This document shows positions 1 through 22,300 of a stretch of 64,000 nt of DNA, piece after piece. How positions within the stretch are numbered: the first letter of the stretch is position 1; every line of letters begins with the position of its first letter. The notes under the pieces were generated by a model. That model had not been told where the DNA came from and ran no database searches. It was given only the letters and a program-made list of their open reading frames with translations. Both the position numbers and the translations under genes were made by a program. This DNA comes from Gordius albopunctatus (lineage: Eukaryota): positions 2,666,001 through 2,730,000 of the forward strand of contig OZ193909.1 in the NCBI GenBank assembly GCA_964276515.1, in the 5' to 3' direction.

Positions 1-264
1 TAAAGGTCTTAAGATTGATGGTATAAATTTTGATATGAATCGAATCAACATTACAAAACTTATTAACGATTTTCATGACCCCCATTTTTATTTTGGCTAT
101 TTTAGAGTTTTACATCTTGACATCATATACCTTAAAATAAATCAAAATAAACGTGATTTTTTATTAAAAGAATGTCCAAAATATATTAAAAACACAAATT
201 GTAAAAGATATCCTCAAACGAAAAAAAATACATACATTTTTTCCAATAGAAAAAAACTTAAGTG

Positions 265-480
265 AGAGCATTCCTGGCGTCCACAGGACCCCTGTGGCCA
301 AAAATATGCTATATTTTAAAAAGTAGTGGGCCAAAAGTTATGAAATTTTCCTAAAACTTAGTTCTTGGTAAAATATTAGGCTACTGAAAAGGCCAGATCA
401 ATTCGCTTTTAAATGCATTTTATATTTAAGTTTATAACTATCGTGGGGTCCCACGGACCCCACGAATGCTCTTGAGGGCT
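265..480. mobile_element. Degenerate non-autonomous TIR element, possibly piggyBac-like
   Basis: Imperfect inverted repeats gagcattcctggcgtccacaggacccc (~266-291) and ggggtcccacggaccccacgaatgctc (~444-471). The right end reads ...ttgagggctaa, resembling GGG-TTAA. The left end is eroded. Confidence 0.45.
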
Positions 481-872
481 AAAAATTAATATTTTTTAAA
501 ATTCTTTATTCTAAATTAATGACAGCTAACAGATCCTCCTCTAAATATTCCCGGCATTTTTTTAAAAATAATCAATAGCAATTTTATTCAGAAAATTTAA
601 TTTGAAATATGTTTTGAATTCCTCGCCTCTTGTAAAAGATAAAGACTTATTTATTTTATATTTGTAGCATTTTAAATTAATTTTATTAATTAAAATTATA
701 TTATTAAACTCTATTTTCAATATCAGAGAACAACATCCCGCGCGACTCAGACATATCACCACCCCCATGTACATACACATATTTGGAATCGCTAACAATA
801 TAACATCTGATAAAGTAACCAATTGTTTTGTTTTTCGAAATTTAGCAGCTGATTGCTGTCATTTCACTAAAA

Positions 873-11226
<10,354 letters not shown>

Positions 11227-12646
11227 TTATATACTCTATTTTTTGCTGTAAAATTTATTTAAATATTCCTCAAATTTTTCCAGCGCTCCACTTGGAATTT
11301 TTTAACGCACAACACCTTTTATATTTATATATATATGAATGACCCGAATTGCGTTATAAACGGATTGAAAACCCTTTTTAACCTCCTAAAACCGATTACC
11401 CCATCCTCAATAAACTTTTGTCGTAGTAGCGTTTATTAGTGTTGTAAAAACGGGTGGGATTTGCTCGGTCGGCCTTTGGATTTAGTCGACTAAACATAAA
11501 GAAGCCAAAGGTTTTTTGGTCTCTGTTTTTCTTAGTCGAAATTTGAAAAAGAGACCAGAATCGAGCGTTAGTCTTAGTTACACCAAAGATTGACCAAGCA
11601 AACCCCACCCGTTTTACGACACTTCTGTGTATGTATTCTATCTTGTAACGGATTGTTTTACGAGTATTACCTGCGAAACGCACACATTTTATCATTTTCC
11701 TCATGGTGTGGAAGCTTTTTAGTTTTTTCCCTTTTGAGCTTATCGCTTTTTAATACGATTTTTCCCTTTGATTTCGACATGTTTCAGCGCGAATTTGTGA
11801 TAAAACTAATTTTATCGTATTTATCTTCGGACAATTTGGATTTTATTATAATGTTTGACATCTAACAACGCAATTGCTGCTATATTGTGTTGATTGTAGA
11901 TTTATTTGCCAATAGATATGTTAATATTGATTTACATAAGATATACTTTTCATAAGACCTACTTTTAATATTCTATATTATACAATAGAGCTGAAGGATA
12001 TGTGTTTTTCAATTTAAATGACCTACCTCTTGGAATGGAACTTTATAAAATTTCGGATATAAGGCATGTTCTGAATATTTTTAATATTAATAATATTTTC
12101 AGAATCTTAATGTTTTTATCTTATAGTTTATCGGTATATGTTGCAATATTTTCTATAGAGGTCCTTAAGAAATTAATAAATTAGGATGAGTGGGAATGTT
12201 TAAAATATTTGCCATCTACGAATATCATACGAGTGTGATTAACTCAAAATCTACATTCATTTAGCGTTTCACTTTATAGATTAAGTAGACCGTCATTTTT
12301 TACAATTAAATAGATAATTTGTTGTTCTTTTTATATGAGCTGAATGAAACATTTTCAGAAAGGTTATCCCAACGAAACCCAATTTTAAAGAAAATGCTTT
12401 TTTAATTATTAACCTGTTTTGTTTCATCACTAATATATTAGAGGTAAGCGCTGAGGGGGTTGAAGACGCTTTGAAACAAGCCATTATTAAAATCAAATGG
12501 TATATTTGTCAACCAATTGATTGCCTATTCGTTTTTCAGGAGTTTAAACCGCCATTTGACGCTATAATTTTATAATAGTTATATCTCAGCTGGGTTTATT
12601 TTATGATTATCGCTTAAACCCATAACCATGGGCGCACCTTATGTGA

Positions 12647-12792
12647 CTATCTCCTACACCTCTAGCGCCCTCGTGTTCCTATCTCCTACAGCTCTAGCGC
12701 CCTCGTGTTCCTATCTCCTGCAGCTCTAGCGCCTCCGTGTAGTTGTGTGCTATAGCTGTAGCGCCTCCAAGTGACTATGCCATGTAGATGGG
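12647..12792. repeat. GC-rich 32-bp tandem array (3 copies plus 1 degenerate) followed by an inverted partial unit
   Basis: The unit ctatctcctacagctctagcgccctcgtgttc repeats from 12647; tgtagcgcctcc is followed by ggaggcgctaca. Confidence 0.8.
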
Positions 12793-13366
12793 AGGCGCTA
12801 CAAGTGCTGGTGCTAAGCGTCTCACCATCACTAGGCTATCTATAAATAGACAGCTAGCCCCTCCCTTTATAAAATATTTCTTTTTATAATTTTTTTATTT
12901 GATTATGGTTTATTCAAAATTTCAAATAAACATTTTACCCCTCCCTAATTCGAACCCCGGTTAGACCATCACACTAACTACAAAACTCGTCTCAGGTACT
13001 CAATAGAATGTTTTCTATGGGGATGAATGATGGGCATGGGTAATCGTGGCTCTGGCTATATCAACCATCAAAATTTTTGCATATTTTTTAATTTTACATT
13101 ACGTTTTTCGCACGGTTTTATAACTTTTAATAAAAATTATTATTAAGATTGTATTATTATACAACAGCAATTATTAATCTATAAAATACAAACTTTAAAT
13201 TGAATTAAGGCTTAAAGATCTCTTAGTTTAGCATATTCATTAATTCACAAGCATAATCTGATCGACGAAACTTTCCATAAAAATTTGATCAACGCACCCG
13301 ATCAAGCGTCATTAAAAAATTGCTTATCAATTAATGTAATTTATTAAACTATATGAGATTCAATAA

Positions 13367-16300
13367 TCATCGAAGCAGCGCTTTCATGTCTTCCAAGCTT
13401 AGCTTGGCAAAGCCGTTGCCCACGATATTAGGAGCGTCGCGCGCTCGCGTAGCGGCGTCGCCGGCACTCAAACTTGCGGTGTTGGTGAAAACTTGACGCG
13501 CCAGCGCGGATTTACGCTCTTGCAACTCAACTATGCGTTGCTCTATAGTTGCGGAGCAAACAAATTTATGCACGTACACCGGTCGAGTTTGGCCAGGCCT
13601 GTATACACGGTCGCAAGCTTGAGCTTCTAGGGCGGGATTCCAATGCAAATCCGCAAAATAAACGTGATTTGCACCAACTAAATTGAGTCCTACACCGCCC
13701 GCGGTCAAGGAGAGTAGTATGAGAGAGCTGCCGTCTGGATTTTCGTTGAAATCTTTGACTAGCGCGGCGCGGTCCGCCGGTTTAACGCTGCCTCTGATGT
13801 GGGCAAAGCGTCTAAAACCGCGCGCCTCCAAGTGTCGAGCCAGGAGGTCTAGGAAGGATGGCCATTGGGAGACGATCAAACATTTTTCACCGGTTGGAGG
13901 TTGTAGCGTAGATAGTACGTGGTCCAGCAAGGCCTTTAACTTGGTGCTTTCGTAGCTGAAAATTGATGTCCAAAATGTTTTATTTGTAAAAAAATGGCAA
14001 TTTTTCTTAAAAAATATTCTTTAATGTAACTAACTTCTCTTGCAACATGAGACTATCTTTGGTCAAACCGTAAGCGGATTCAACATTATCATCTAAGCCA
14101 TAGGGCAAAATCTTCTCATCTTCGTCCCATTGTGCCCCAGCAAGGATTTGGGGTTTGGGCGTCGATCCTATTGAAAGTCCTCCCATGCAATCTTCCAGAC
14201 AATTTAGAGTCTGGTCCGATTTCAGGGGTTGCGTTGGAGGCAAAATAGCGGAGTCGTATTCTTGTAGCTGAGAACTTTGCGCCAACAAGTTGGGGTGACA
14301 GCAGCATTGTCTCATGCGCAACAAATGGACCAGCATCCCAGCCGTGTTATATACCACGGGCTCCCCATTTTCTAATGTTATTACGAAATGCGCACGACAT
14401 AAAAAAGTTGCTTTAAATTTAAAAAATCCAAATTTATTTCCTCGTTAAAAATGGAGAATTTAAGAACAGTTTTTTAAATTGTATTGCTTAATTATATCAC
14501 TCTTTGCTACCGGATATGTAATTTATGTATAGGGAACAACTTAACAAACTATTAATTGCTATGCAATTAATTGGGCTAATTTTTAGTTCTCCGTCATCCG
14601 TCATTCTTGTCCAACTTGTAATTTTTCAATAACTGCCGTAAAAACTTATTTTTCAATTTCTGTGGACTTATGCTTCTGTATAATTATATACGAAACTGGA
14701 GAAAATATTAACAACACAATAAAAACGTAGGGAAATCTAATCAAATTTAAACGTATCGGTCAAATCACAACAACGCAAATGCATATCTAAAATTTAACGA
14801 ACTAAGCATTTAATCACTTTAAAATATAAGCCTAAATTATTGAATTACTTTCGCGCATGGCTTATTAAATAATTGGAAAAAGGCATTCAATTGCCACTAT
14901 ATGATAACCTAAAAGCGTTTTATTTTGAGTAAAATATAGATAAGTGTTTAGGGATACCTTCGGTAAGCTGCTTAGTGCCATTGGAACTACCATGGTTGCG
15001 ACGGTCAGCGATTACCTGCAAAAATTTGTAAGCGACCGCGTGTATTTTTTTATAAGCTGCCGCTTCTTCCGCGCTCAGCGTTAGATTATGAACCGTAAAT
15101 TGGCGCTTGGGCAGGGTTAAGAGCGTCGCGCCGAGTTCGTTTCTCTCCTCTTTCGTGCGTCTTAAGCAGAGCGAGCGCGTTATCAGGGCTAAGCGGGCCC
15201 TTGCTCTTCGCCCGGCTAAAGAGAGATCGTTATTGGGCGTGGTTAAGGGGCCGCTTATAAATTCTTTCCAAACCGATTCTTGGGCAAAAGGTTCTAACTG
15301 CAGAAATTTGAGCAGGGAAAAGAGGTCTTTGAGATTATTGTGAACCGGAGTACCCGTAAGAATCCAGCGATAATTTGCTTTAACACGATACAGGGCGAGC
15401 GTGCATTGGGCTTTAGGATTTTTAATGGTGTGGCCTTCGTCCAGAACGACCCTGTGCCATTGTAAACGGGCGAGGGGAGATGAATTAGGCTTGGAAGTGA
15501 TTTCTTTGCCCGCCAAACCATACGTCGTTATCACTATATCGTGGTTGGCTATGTGGTGATGCCTCTGAGTCCGGGACGGGCCGTGGTAAAGCAAAACCTA
15601 AGGTGTCGTAAATAAATAATACTTATTTAAGGGTTTCTATTAATTTATTGCTTTTTCACAAATATCCCGTGCCTTAAAGTATAATAGTAAAAGCTAAATG
15701 ACAGGGTCCTTCATTTACAAACTCCTACAGTTGCATTATGAGGCAAGAGCCACGATATAGCCTTAGGTGCCTCAAAACTATTAAGCGCGAACATCAAGAA
15801 TTATTTTAGGATAAAAAATGTTATGGTCTTGCTTCAATATATAACTTTTATTTTTAATACCATCTTGTAGAGTACTGAACGGGTGACCCAATTTTGAAAT
15901 GTCTTCGGGTCGGGTCAGGTTCGAGTTGAAAATATTAAAATGCTTTAGGGACGGGTTCGGGTTGAAAAAAGTGACTTTGCAGTTCTCTACTACCCTATTG
16001 GCATAAAGTGTATAGAATTTTGTAGCCGAATCAAATCTGGCTATGTTTTTACACTTTCACAATCTCAAACACGAAATTTAGCCCAAAATAATTAATGTTT
16101 AGCACTCAAATTGAAAATTAATAAAGCTAAAAAACAACGGTAAATTCAATATAACATACTTTGGGTGTGTAGACGTGTCGGCAATACTTTTTAATCTCCG
16201 ATTCCCATTGATAAATCAAAGACGCCGGACAAATTATTAAAGTAGGGTTTTCCCCATTTTTGAAGCCCGACCCAGTGTGGTTCTTCTTATTCAAAAAACC

Positions 16301-19300
16301 ATCTTGATATGCAACAGAGCCGCGATCATCAGCTAACGCCTTGGGACTTGACAAATTCGACTTTCTTTTGCAATGGAAAACGAAAACGTGTAAAAAAGCA
16401 CAAATATTAACACAACGAGGTATCGCACTTGCCACGACAGACATTGCTAAAATTATGGTAGGAGAGGATAATAGATGGGGCGCATGTATCATGAAGCCTT
16501 GTTAATTGCTAGGTCCAAACTTTGCTATTAAATTAGCTTTGCCGGATGTAGAATATTAGTATAAATAGCTACGAACCCTTTTATCTTTTTTTAATGTATA
16601 TATTGTTTATTTGAATGTAATAAGAACGTTATAAAAAACGAAGTGTTAAAATTCGAAAAATATAAGAGGGGGAATAAAACAAAATAAAATTAAAAAGCGT
16701 CGCATGTATCATCTAATAAAAGTGGCCAGCTGTCGGCCAGGGATTTAAAATTGTACTTTGCTATTAAAATACCAATTTTTGTTTAAGTAAAAAATTTGTG
16801 GAATATTTGGAGGGGGGGGGCAGCGACGGCTGATATCTTTAAAAAGCTTGATGGCGGCAGGACCAAAAGTCCCAGAACATGAGGAGGCAACGATAGGGGT
16901 AAAGATATTAGAGGGTAGCAGGAGGGCCTGGTATTTTACCGTTTTGCGGTGTTCGGCGAGGGTCAGAGCGTTGTAGTTCTGGTTAGAGGGGGCGAAAATG
17001 TGTATGCAGGTGAAATCCCATTTAAGGGGTACACCATTTTGCTGCCAAGGGATGAGGGTAGAGCCGTCTGGTCGCCGCCAGCTTTAGTGGGTAATGAGGC
17101 TTGGAGCCACGAAGACGTGCTGAATTTGATGTTAAGGATGGCTTCTAGCGTGTTTTTCATAAAGCGATCGTAGCTTTTTAAAATCTCGGGTAATAAAAAA
17201 GCTGATGATGACCGGAAACAGTGTTGAATTTTTGAGATATTAAAATAATTTTTAATGATATAAAATGCGTGATCTTTTGGGAGGGTATTGAGAATTTCCA
17301 TCTTCGAGGAAAGAGTTGATAGGTGATATGTAAAAACTCTTTTAAAGCAATTTGTCCACCTATTGGAGAGCCTAGATGAGTTAAACTCTTCATTTCAAAT
17401 TTTAAAAAAGGCTTAAAAATGGGAAATATATCTCTATCCGGGCACTGATATATCTCACATTTAGAGGTATTGAATTTCAGGTTTAGGGTAGCTTCATAAT
17501 CTCGGATTAAAAGAATGGCCTTGGAGATTTCTTCCGAAGGGCCGCATAAGGTGGCATCGTCTAGGTACCAGACGTTTAATGATAAGGAGCATTGGTTTGA
17601 GAGGGATTCGGTTAAATTTTTGATCCCTAGACAAAACAAAGGTGGACCCTGTTGAATACCTTCTGCCGATTCAATTAAAAAGTCTCCAAACTTTAGTTTT
17701 GATATGCAACCGTAACTTAAACTGATGTAATTTGAAAACTTTGGGAACTCATCAACGAAGGAATTTATTATCGATTCTCGGCTAATATTATTGAATGCAT
17801 TGGCAAATTCTAGTTTAACCATGCAGTAATTGGAGGGAATTTGTTGAAGACTTATCCGCGCAGCGTGACTGGCAGCCTCACAGCCGCCTTTAACCCCAGA
17901 TCCTAATTGATGAGGAATTAACTTGTCGCTTAAACTGGATTTGATTGTCTTACAAATGAGTTTTGATATAATACGTCGGAAAACACTGCCATAGCAATGG
18001 GTCTTACCGAATTATCAGGTTTTTTGATAGCGATGCGTTTAGCGCCGAACAATATACGGATAATTTCGGTAGGAATATTACCGTTGACAATTAAATTGCA
18101 TAGGGACGTTATAGAGTTGAGTAAAATTGCAGCGCTCACGTTTTGGAAGTTAATCAGGTCTTGTAAATAAACGGGGCGAAAACCGCCAAGGCCCGCTGCA
18201 GAGTCGATGGGAAAGGAATTGATGGCTTCCCGAATGTCGGAAGAGTCGATAGTTTTATGGAAGAGGCTGAGGTAGGGAGTCGGTTTTCCGATGATGATGC
18301 GGGATGTTTAGATTTGAGTTGTTGGTGTGAATCAAGGGAGTAAGGAGCAATTGAGTCCTTGTCATAAAATATTCTTAGAGCACTTTTGGGGTTAAAGTTA
18401 TCAATTTTTTTAGAAATTTGTTTAGCAGTTTGCTTGACAGTGGAAGAGTTTGGGAATTGTTTGTGGTGGGGGATATTTTTAAAAATATTATCAATATTAA
18501 AAATTTAAAAAGGAGTCTTTAATATGTTTGGACAGATTTTCAACGTTGGGTCCTCTTGCATATAAGGGGTGAAAGGTAAACCTGAAAAGTTTATCCCAGT
18601 TAGTAAGATTTGAGGGAGAGTTTGTAATGGAAGTTATGCGATTGATTAAAAACTGTTGCGTAGCCGGGAGGGCACCCCTAGGGATTCTTGAAATAGTGTT
18701 GGGAAAGGTTAAGTAAGGCTAAAAATGAATCACTCCAAGATTAGTCCAAAGAAGTGGTAATAATAGGGCTGTCTAAGGATTGAGGATCTGAGTTGGACGA
18801 GCAAGGGGCATCATGAGGAGCATCCTCTATTATGGAGGCAAGAGGTGGAAAAAGAGGGCTAGCAGGTGGGATTTTCCCAGAGGAGATACAACGAGCTGAA
18901 GGGTGACCATGTATTATGAAACAGTTATTTTTTTGAGGCTAACAAGTTTTTTGCGTGTACAACAAAAGGATTTAGCTAAAACCATTTTTAACTTATTTTA
19001 GGTATTAAGGCAGATGGTGAAACATTATTAAGGTATATATAAAATATATAGATATTAGATTAATAAAAATCCTCTGAACATTTTAAGGGTAATATGTTTA
19101 TGGAAAAAGTGATTGTTGCATTGTATGTGGACTTATGTTTAATATTTATTTTTATGTATATAAATTAAGGCCTAAATATGTGTTTTAAGAAGAACTATGA
19201 ATGTTAATAAAATAGGGATAAATAATATACCAATGTAATTTTTTTTTTTGTTAAAAAGTTTATTTTAAGAAACAAAGTTACATTAATAAGCGAAATACAA

Positions 19301-22300
19301 AAATAAAGACATATTGGTTAAATACAAAGATTTATATCATTCTCTTCTAAAATGGGCCATGAGTCGGCAAAGGATTTAAAGTTGTATCGTGCAAAAAGAA
19401 TCCCTAGTTGTTGCCTGAGTAAAAAGGACGCAGAAATTTTGGATTTCGGGGTGCGTTTTCCGATTTCTTTAAAAAACCCCATTGCCTGTTTGCCAAAGGA
19501 ACCGGAGCACGTGGCAACGACAGGGATAAAAATATTGGATGCCAAAAAGGCAGAATACTTTGTAGTTTTACGCCCTTCTTATGTAGCGATAGGGTCGTAA
19601 TTAAAATGGGAAGGGGCAAAAAGGTCAATACAAGTAAAATCCCATTTGAGGGATAGGCCATTTTGCCAGGGGACTAGAGAAGAGCCGTCAGGGCGCATCC
19701 TACCTTCAAGGGAGGGATCGGACGGCTCAAGGATTGAGGGGATTTTGGCCTTTTTAAGGGCAGCTTGAATTAATAAATTAGCTTTAGTGTGCCTAACGTA
19801 TTTATATTTGTTTGCTAGGCAGTGTAGAGGGTGCCTAGCATATTCGTCTACAACGGTAAGGCAGTTTTGACAGTTGAATTCTCTGCTGTAACTAATCCCC
19901 AACCTTAAAGCTATGGAATATGATAGCTCAAAGTCTTCATGCAGCATTCCCAAAAGTTTGCTGGGATAGGCTTCAAGCCACTCGTGACCGGAACCGTCAA
20001 AAGCGAGGGACCTAAGGTTGTAATGCTGGCTATCATCGCTGCTCGATAAGAGGTAATCAAAGGAGCGCGATACTAGTCCAGAATCCCAATCCTTTTGTCT
20101 CGTACTTTGAGGTTGGATGGTCTCGGGTGTGACATTCAAATTCCAATACTCTATGTAATGTTATAAATGCGCAAAGGTTGTTATAAGAAGACGAAAATTT
20201 TGGGGAGAAAAATGGGTATAAATAAAATGCAGAGAGGACAATATGTGTAAACAAACGTGGAACAGAAAAAAGTCAGCGAATGAGGGTGCGTCTTTGTCTT
20301 TTCCTTTATACTGGTAGGTCACGTGTTTATGGGGGTTTCTGCTCCGTTCTCCTCGCTGCTTTGACCAAGATTTTCGTCTTCCCACAAGCCTAAATCTATT
20401 TGTTCGTCTAGGTCGTCTAATTGCAAGTCCGGTAATTCGAACCCTTGTGGTGGGATGTTGGTGTCGCTGTTTGGCACCGAGTATCGTCCGGGTGGAAGCC
20501 ATGTTCGAGACGGAAGGTAGGCTGGGTTGCTGCTCGAGGCGATCCACGCGATACATCGTACGTTGCTACGAAGTGGGCTATGATTGTTTCTACTATCTGT
20601 AAGTTCGACCCCCCTTTCAGTAGGACGAAGTAAGCGGTGGTAGAGTCTGTGACGACTTTAGGGTATCTGAACCCGTTGTGGATTGCATGTAAGTAGGCAT
20701 ATATTGCTGCTATTGTTTCGGTTGCTGTAATGTGGCTTTCGTGTAACCAGGGCAACCCTATTGCTTTTGCCGCGTCCTCGAACGAGATGGAAAAGGCTTG
20801 GTTTTCCCATGCTATCCCTATGTGGCTGTCGGAGGCATCTGCGTAAATGGTAGTGTCATGGTTCCTATGTAGCGGGATGACTTGTTTTAGGATCTCTAGA
20901 CATCCCTGTAGTTTGGCTTGCGCTGCCGGCCTATTGTGGCCCGTGGTGTTTCCGTTCGCTGCTATGGCGTAGAAAGTGCTAAACAGCCTGGGCATTCCCG
21001 TGAGGTTGTAGTAAAAATAGTTTAACACCCCTAGTGCTTCCATTAGAGCGTAATCGGTTGGGGGTGTGCGTGTTGACAGGAATAAATTAAGTCGTTTCTG
21101 TGTATCGGCTGATACCTTTATCGAGTGAGTGCGTAAGTCTAAAATGAGGCCGAGGTACTTTATGACGGTTTCTGGTAGAATGGACGATTTCTTGACGTTT
21201 ATAGTCAGGCCCCAATCGTTTGCAAGTTCGGCTATGTTGACTAGATCCTCCATCACGTCGTTCTCATCTTGGGCAAAGATGAGTATGTCATCAAGGTAGA
21301 CATTGTAATTGCTCCTCCCGACTGCCTTCTTTACTAAGTCCGAGACTATTGTTTGCAGGACGAAGGGCGAGAAGGAGGCGCCCATGGGTAGTACGTTGTA
21401 GTGATAGAGTTTATTTCGTCATTTATAGCCACAATATCGTTTGGCGTTCTTGTGAAGCGGTATGCTGAAGAAAGCGGCCTTTAGATCTATTTTGGCCGCG
21501 TAATTAGCCCTGGCTAACTTTTTTGCTGTTAGTGGGATGGTCGCCAATCTGACGGGGGGTCTTTGGTGGGTCAGGTGCCGGTATGATTTGAACCGATTTG
21601 GCGTTGATTCGCTCTATTCTGTTCCTTTTGCATTTCTACCAATTGGGCTACCAGGTCCGCTGAGCCCGCACCGGGAACCCCTGGTCTAACAGGGCTCAGC
21701 GAGGCTCTGATGTCCTCCGTACTTTCCTCCGTGTTTTTAGTTCTCGGCATGTAACGACCTATCCAGATGCCATCGACGGTTCAAATCATACCGGCACCTG
21801 ACCCACCAAAGACCCCCCGTCAGATTTGCGGCCATTTAGACGACCTAGACGAACAAATAGATTTAGGCTTCTGGGAAGACGAAAATCTTGGTCAAAGCAG
21901 CGAGGAGAACGGAGCAGAAACCCCCGTAAACACGTGACCTACCAGTATAAATGAAAAGACAAAGACGCACGCGTAGCAAGGGGATCCGGGAGAAAATTTG
22001 GGAAGTGTGTGGAGATTTTTTCCTATTTTAGTCATTAAACGATTGCAGCAATGATTTATTATAATTAATATGATGGAATATTCACGATATGAGGGCTATG
22101 AGAATATAATGTGATAATAATTGGGATATGTAGTGGTGAAATAATGATTTTGAAATAAAAAACGTTATTCAAATGAGTGAGCGGAAAGCGAGTAATGAAT
22201 GTAACGGTAGCGTTAAAATAATGGTCTGTTTATGTTCAGTCGACCATAAACAAAGGTCAACCAAATAAAACCCAGGCAATTTTAAATTACACTTTATTCA

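Noticed and set aside
1..822. Divergent gene upstream of aconitase (ORFs 35-265 and 562-822)
   Set aside because: No recognisable motif and no consistent exon chain. A gene starting near the window edge cannot be excluded.
12647..12770. CRISPR-like array
   Set aside because: The repeats are contiguous with no unique spacers, the context is eukaryotic, and there are no cas genes.
21419..21421. TGA read as Trp (alternative genetic code) in the RT element
   Set aside because: Other Trp residues use TGG and the ORF also has a frameshift, so a TGG>TGA decay mutation is simpler.
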